Source: Gallionellaceae bacterium (GTDB taxonomy: Bacteria > Pseudomonadota > Gammaproteobacteria > Burkholderiales > Gallionellaceae). From it: DNA of 42,936 nucleotides. The stretch's first letter is position 1. Each line of letters starts with the position of its first letter. Both the position numbers and the translations under genes were made by a program. The stretch spans positions 1-42,936 of the forward strand of contig JBAZYW010000002.1 in the NCBI GenBank assembly GCA_041659125.1, read 5' to 3'. The notes under the pieces are model-generated. The model made no database searches, was not told the origin of the DNA, and was given only the letters and a program-made list of their open reading frames with translations. Shown in pieces: positions 39,082 to 42,936 of the stretch.

Positions 39082-39501
39082 ATGCAACTCAAAGGATCCA
39101 AAACCCACCAGCACCTGAAGGATGCGTTTGCCGGAGAATCACAGGCCAATCGCCGTTATCTGTATTTCGCGGCCAAAGCGGATGTGGAAGGCCAGAACGA
39201 TGTGGCCTCGGTGTTTCGCTCTACCGCAGAAGGAGAGACCGGACATGCGCACGGCCATTTGGAATACATGGAGGCCTGCGGCGACCCCGCCACCGATCTG
39301 CCCATCGGCGGAACCCGTGACAATCTGAAATCTGCCATCGCCGGTGAGACACACGAATACACCGACATGTATCCCGGCATGGGCAAGACTGCACGGGTGG
39401 AAGGTTTCGACGAGATCGCCGACTGGTTCGAAACACTGGCCAAGGCCGAGCGCTCGCATGCCAACCGTTTCCAGAAGGCGCTGGACAATCTGGCGGATTG
39501 A
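39082..39501 (+). CDS. Rubrerythrin-family di-iron protein lacking the rubredoxin domain (erythrin-type)
   Basis: [17 protein letters not shown]. Di-iron ligands E...ETGH (ExxH) and E...ERSH (ExxH) in a 139-aa four-helix-bundle-sized protein. No C-terminal CxxC pairs. AGGAGA RBS. Confidence 0.85.
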   Translation: MQLKGSKTHQHLKDAFAGESQANRRYLYFAAKADVEGQNDVASVFRSTAEGETGHAHGHLEYMEACGDPATDLPIGGTRDNLKSAIAGETHEYTDMYPGMGKTARVEGFDEIADWFETLAKAERSHANRFQKALDNLAD

Positions 39502-39512
39502 AAGCGCTGGCT

Positions 39513-39545
39513 CGCATCCCCCGACGGACTTAGATGGGGGATGCG
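39513..39545 (+). promoter_or_regulatory. GC hairpin between the rubrerythrin and Fe-S protein genes
   Basis: CGCATCCCCC (39513-39522) / GGGGGATGCG (39536-39545) form a perfect 10-bp stem with a 13-nt loop. Weak T-content follows. Confidence 0.45.
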
Positions 39546-39595
39546 CGTCTTGATGTTCACAACGAATATGCTAATTTAGTAGCAGGAGGGATGCG

Positions 39596-40924
39596 ATGAG
39601 TACACGCGAAGGCAATCTGGGTGCACCGCAGCGCCACCCGCTAGACTGGCGCAACCCGGAGTTTTACAACGAAGCCTCGCTGATGGACGAACTGCACCGG
39701 GTATATGACATCTGTCACGGTTGCCGGCGCTGCTTCAATCTGTGCAATGCCTTTCCCACTTTGTTCGACGCGGTAGACGCGAGCCCCTCGAACGAACTGG
39801 ACAGCATCGAGAAGACGGTCTACTGGAAAGTGGTCGACCAGTGCTATCTGTGCGACATGTGCTTCATGACCAAGTGCCCGTATGTACCGCCGCACCCGTT
39901 CAATCTGGATTTCCCGCATTTGATGCTGCGCGCCAAAGCGGTGAAGTTCAACAAAGGCGAAACCAGATTCCGCGACAAACTGTTGTCCAGCACCGACCTG
40001 ATGGGCAAACTGGCGTCCATTCCGGTGGTCACCCAAGTGGTGAACGGGGTGAACAACACCTCTGCCACCCGCAAGGTCATGGACAGCGTGCTGGGGATTC
40101 ATCAGCAGCGCAAACTACCCGAATATTCCAGCCGTACTTTTCGCGCCAATGCCGCGCCCGACGAGCGCTTCCCGGTCAGGAACGGTGAACGCACGCCGGG
40201 CAAAGTGGCGGTCTACTCGACCTGCTACATCAATTACAACGAGCCGGGCATCGGCCACGATCTGCTCGACATCCTCGCGCACAATGAAATCCCCGCGCGT
40301 CTGGTGGAGAAAGAAGCCTGCTGCGGCATGCCCAAACTGGAGCTTGGCGATCTGCAAGCGGTCAAGCGCCTCAAGGAAAGCAACATTCCCCACCTCGCCA
40401 GACTGGCGCGCGAAGGCTACGCCATCGTCACGGCGATTCCCTCATGCACGCTGATGTACAAACAGGAACTGCCGCTGATGTTCCCCGACGACGCCGAGGT
40501 GAAGGCGGTGGCAGAAGCGATGTTTGATCCGTTCGAATATCTGATGCTGCGCCACAAGGATGGCCTGCTCAAAACCGATTTCAAAAACAAGCTGGGCAAA
40601 GTCTCCTACCATGTGCCGTGTCACTTGCGCGTGCAGAACCTCGGCCTGAAGACGCGCGCCATGCTGCAACTGGTGCCGGACACCGAGATCACCACGGTGG
40701 AGCGCTGCTCCGGCCACGACGGCACTTGGGGCGTAAAGAGCGAATTCTTTGCGGAATCGATGAAGATCGGCAAACCGGTGTTCAAGCAAATGGCCTCCGG
40801 CGAGCCGGACTATGTCAGTTCGGACTGCGCCATCGCCGCACGCCACATCATGCAGGGCATCGGTGAAACACCGGCGCAAAAACAGCATCCGCTCACGCTG
40901 CTGCGCATCGCTTATGGATTATGA
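39596..40924 (+). CDS. (Fe-S)-binding protein with two 4Fe-4S ferredoxin motifs and CCG domains (HdrD/GlpC/GlcF-like)
   Basis: CHGCRRCFNLC and CYLCDMCFMTKCP cluster motifs. CCG-type motif EACCGMP and further Cys-containing repeats (IPSC, VPCH, ERCSG, SSDC). 442 aa. GGAGGG RBS. Confidence 0.85.
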   Translation: MSTREGNLGAPQRHPLDWRNPEFYNEASLMDELHRVYDICHGCRRCFNLCNAFPTLFDAVDASPSNELDSIEKTVYWKVVDQCYLCDMCFMTKCPYVPPHPFNLDFPHLMLRAKAVKFNKGETRFRDKLLSSTDLMGKLASIPVVTQVVNGVNNTSATRKVMDSVLGIHQQRKLPEYSSRTFRANAAPDERFPVRNGERTPGKVAVYSTCYINYNEPGIGHDLLDILAHNEIPARLVEKEACCGMPKLELGDLQAVKRLKESNIPHLARLAREGYAIVTAIPSCTLMYKQELPLMFPDDAEVKAVAEAMFDPFEYLMLRHKDGLLKTDFKNKLGKVSYHVPCHLRVQNLGLKTRAMLQLVPDTEITTVERCSGHDGTWGVKSEFFAESMKIGKPVFKQMASGEPDYVSSDCAIAARHIMQGIGETPAQKQHPLTLLRIAYGL

Positions 40925-40983
40925 GCAATTGTAAGTTTCGATTTTTTGATGACTAAGACAATCTTTCGACAAAAGGAACAGCA

Positions 40984-41571
40984 ATGGCAAAATTAACCCG
41001 TGACAAACTCATGACGCTGGAAGCCTATGCCAAAGCGCGCAACGCTTTTCGCGCAGAAGTGATGGCGCACAAGAAGCAACGCAACGTCGCATTGGGCGAG
41101 CACCTCACGCTGATCTTCGAGGACGAGCTGACCATACGCTATCAGGTGCAGGAAATGCTGCGCGCGGAAAAAATCTTCGAGGAAACCGGCATCCAGGACG
41201 AACTCGACGCCTACAATCCGCTCATTCCGGATGGCAGCAACTGGAAGGCGACCATGATGATCGAATACGAAGACATCAATGAACGCCGCCGCATGCTTAC
41301 CCGACTGGTCGGCATCGAAGAACGCGCGTGGGTGCAGGTGGCTGGTTTCGATCGCGTCTACGCCATCGCCGACGAAGATCTGGAACGCGCCACCGAGCAG
41401 AAGACCTCGGCGGTGCACTTCCTGAGCTTCGAACTAACCACAGAGATGTCGCGCGCCCTGAAACAGGGTACGGCCCTGAGCATGGGGGTCGATCACCCAA
41501 ACTATCAGGCCACCTTTGATCCGATCCCGCCGACGATACGCGCCTCTCTGCTGCTTGACCTGCAAAATTGA
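40984..41571 (+). CDS. DUF3501-like protein (195 aa), function unknown
   Basis: AAGGAA RBS. Soluble, acidic protein with no cofactor motif I can see. The family assignment is from memory of DUF3501 proteins that accompany rubrerythrin/CCG Fe-S genes. Confidence 0.6.
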   Translation: MAKLTRDKLMTLEAYAKARNAFRAEVMAHKKQRNVALGEHLTLIFEDELTIRYQVQEMLRAEKIFEETGIQDELDAYNPLIPDGSNWKATMMIEYEDINERRRMLTRLVGIEERAWVQVAGFDRVYAIADEDLERATEQKTSAVHFLSFELTTEMSRALKQGTALSMGVDHPNYQATFDPIPPTIRASLLLDLQN

Positions 41572-41608
41572 GGCGTCCATCCGCAACACATGGAGGTTGC
41601 TTTCCGAT

Positions 41609-41686
41609 TTGCGCAACAAATCGAAACGGTTTGCACAATCAATTTGATTTGATGTGTGCAAAAGAATAAATTGCGATTGTGTGCAA
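41609..41686. promoter_or_regulatory. Repeated TTGCRCA(C)AATC motifs upstream of dps (candidate operator)
   Basis: TTGCGCAAC (41609-41617) and TTGCACAATC (41631-41640) on the plus strand. GATGTGTGCAA (41651-41661) and GATTGTGTGCAA (41675-41686) are inverted copies. Confidence 0.35.
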
Positions 41687-41713
41687 GCCATTCACCAACC
41701 AATGGAGGACATC

Positions 41714-42193
41714 ATGAAGACTTCATCAATCAACATCGGCATCAGCGAAAAAGACCGCAAGAAAATCGCCGACGGCTTGGGGCGTATGCTGGCCGACAGC
41801 TACACCCTCTACCTCAAAACCCACAACTTCCATTGGAACGTCACCGGCCCGATGTTCCAGACACTGCACCTGATGTTCATGACCCAGTACAACGAAATCT
41901 GGATGGCCGTGGACATGGTGGCAGAACGCATCCGCGCGCTGGGCTACCCGGCTCCCGGCACATACAAAGAGTTCGCCGCGCTCACCAGCATTGAAGACAG
42001 CAAAGGTGTGCCGAACGCGAAAGAAATGATCAGGCAACTCGTCGCCGGACAGGAAGCCGTAGTGCGCACCGCACGCGCGGTGCTGCCCATCGCAGAAAAG
42101 GCGGGCGACCAACCAACGGTCGATTTGCTCTCCGCACGGATGCAGGTGCATGAGCAAAATGCGTGGATGCTACGGAGTTTGTTAGAGGAATAA
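41714..42193 (+). CDS. dps: Dps (DNA protection during starvation / miniferritin)
   Basis: LADSYTLYLKTHNFHWNVTGPMFQTLHLMF..QY and D.VAERIRALG motifs. TGGAGGA RBS before the ATG at 41714. Confidence 0.9.
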   Translation: MKTSSINIGISEKDRKKIADGLGRMLADSYTLYLKTHNFHWNVTGPMFQTLHLMFMTQYNEIWMAVDMVAERIRALGYPAPGTYKEFAALTSIEDSKGVPNAKEMIRQLVAGQEAVVRTARAVLPIAEKAGDQPTVDLLSARMQVHEQNAWMLRSLLEE

Positions 42194-42200
42194 AGCGATG

Positions 42201-42936
42201 TTAGATGCGCAATAAATAATCGAGTACGATTCCCGCAAACACCGCCGCCCCGAACCAGTTGTTATGCAGAAAAGCCGCGAAGCATTTTTCGCGGCTTCTG
42301 TCTTTGATGAGGCGGTAGTGGTACAGCGCGACACCTTCCGCGACGACCAGTCCCGCGAAGTAAGCCACCCCCAACCCCACCATCAGCCCCGCCACAGCCA
42401 GCAACGCCAAGGTGACGCCGTAGCAGGCCATCACCGCAAGCACATCGTATTTGCCGAAAAACAATGCCGAGGAATGGATACCGAGATGGATGTCGTCGTC
42501 TCTGTCCACCATCGCGTATTCGGTGTCGTAGGCGATAGCCCAGAACACGTTGGCGAGCAGCAGCACCCATGCCACGGGCGGCACCTCGCCTAACGTTGCG
42601 GCGAATGCCATCGGAATGCCAAAGCCGAAAGCAATGCCTAAGTAAGCCTGCGGGATGGCAAGGAAGCGTTTGGTGAACGGGTAGCTCGCGGCAAGAAACA
42701 CGGCAGGGAATGACAATATCCAGGTCAGCGGATTCAGCGGCAAGATCAGCAGAAATGAAACAAATGCCAGCACGACAGCCAGCCATACTGTTTCGCGTTC
42801 GCTGACTTTGCCGCTGGTGAGCGGACGTTCTTTGGTGCGCTGCACATGCTTGTCGATATGGCGGTCGGCGTAGTCGTTGATGACGCAGCCCGCCGAACGC
42901 ATCAGTGTGGTGCCGAGGGTAAAGATGAACACGATG
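42201..42936 (-). CDS. ubiA: 4-hydroxybenzoate polyprenyltransferase, 5' end outside the window
   Basis: [31 protein letters not shown] (NDxxDxxxD) and [12 protein letters not shown] motifs. Multiple TM helices. The frame is open to the window edge. Confidence 0.9.
   Translation of the reverse strand, partial: IVFIFTLGTTLMRSAGCVINDYADRHIDKHVQRTKERPLTSGKVSERETVWLAVVLAFVSFLLILPLNPLTWILSFPAVFLAASYPFTKRFLAIPQAYLGIAFGFGIPMAFAATLGEVPPVAWVLLLANVFWAIAYDTEYAMVDRDDDIHLGIHSSALFFGKYDVLAVMACYGVTLALLAVAGLMVGLGVAYFAGLVVAEGVALYHYRLIKDRSREKCFAAFLHNNWFGAAVFAGIVLDYLLRI

Noticed and set aside
1-42936. CRISPR arrays, tRNA/rRNA genes, IS elements and prophage genes
   Set aside because: None of the intergenic regions contains regularly spaced repeats, cloverleaf-compatible sequence or transposase/integrase-like ORFs. 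All gaps over 100 nt were inspected by eye.

Overview
About 43 kb of GC-rich proteobacterial chromosome. Gene content and synteny look betaproteobacterial, possibly Nitrosomonadales or Gallionellaceae-like, but that placement is inference only. Most of the window is housekeeping. In order it carries the 3' end of a pilY1-like gene plus a pilE-like pilin, ppc, hemC-hemD-hemX-hemY, a 2Fe-2S/FNR-type reductase and an SDR epimerase. Next come an orphan outer-membrane beta-barrel gene, rpe-gph-trpE-trpG-trpD followed by an unknown 438-aa gene, then apaG-methyltransferase-mltA-hslR. A cNMP-EAL protein, ubiH-like-dsbC-DUF4149, and dusB-fis-purH // purD-tsaC-hemF follow. The window ends with a 7TMR-DISM/PAS/GAF/GGDEF/EAL sensor, a methyltransferase, oxyR divergent from rubrerythrin-(Fe-S CCG protein)-DUF3501-dps, and the 3' part of ubiA. 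I found no rRNA, tRNA, CRISPR array, IS element or integrase. The most unusual places are as follows. (1) A low-GC insertion of about 1.8 kb splits the normally adjacent purH and purD. It encodes a DUF2442-like small protein and an orphan ABC/SMC-type ATPase with no recognisable effector, so it is a candidate conflict or defence module. (2) The OxyR-linked cluster combines a rubredoxin-less rubrerythrin, an HdrD/GlpC-like CCG iron-sulfur protein, a DUF3501-like protein and Dps. I read it as a candidate uncharacterised peroxide-reduction system. (3) A 15-codon ORF ending Trp-Arg-Trp lies between gph and trpE, with RNA pairings that could sequester the trpE Shine-Dalgarno. (4) hemX is interrupted by a frameshift. 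(5) A small Cys-rich ORF sits in a 32% GC spacer. (6) The PilY1-like protein carries a very long Thr/Ser/Gly-rich region. All family names come from my own reading of motifs; no database search was run.
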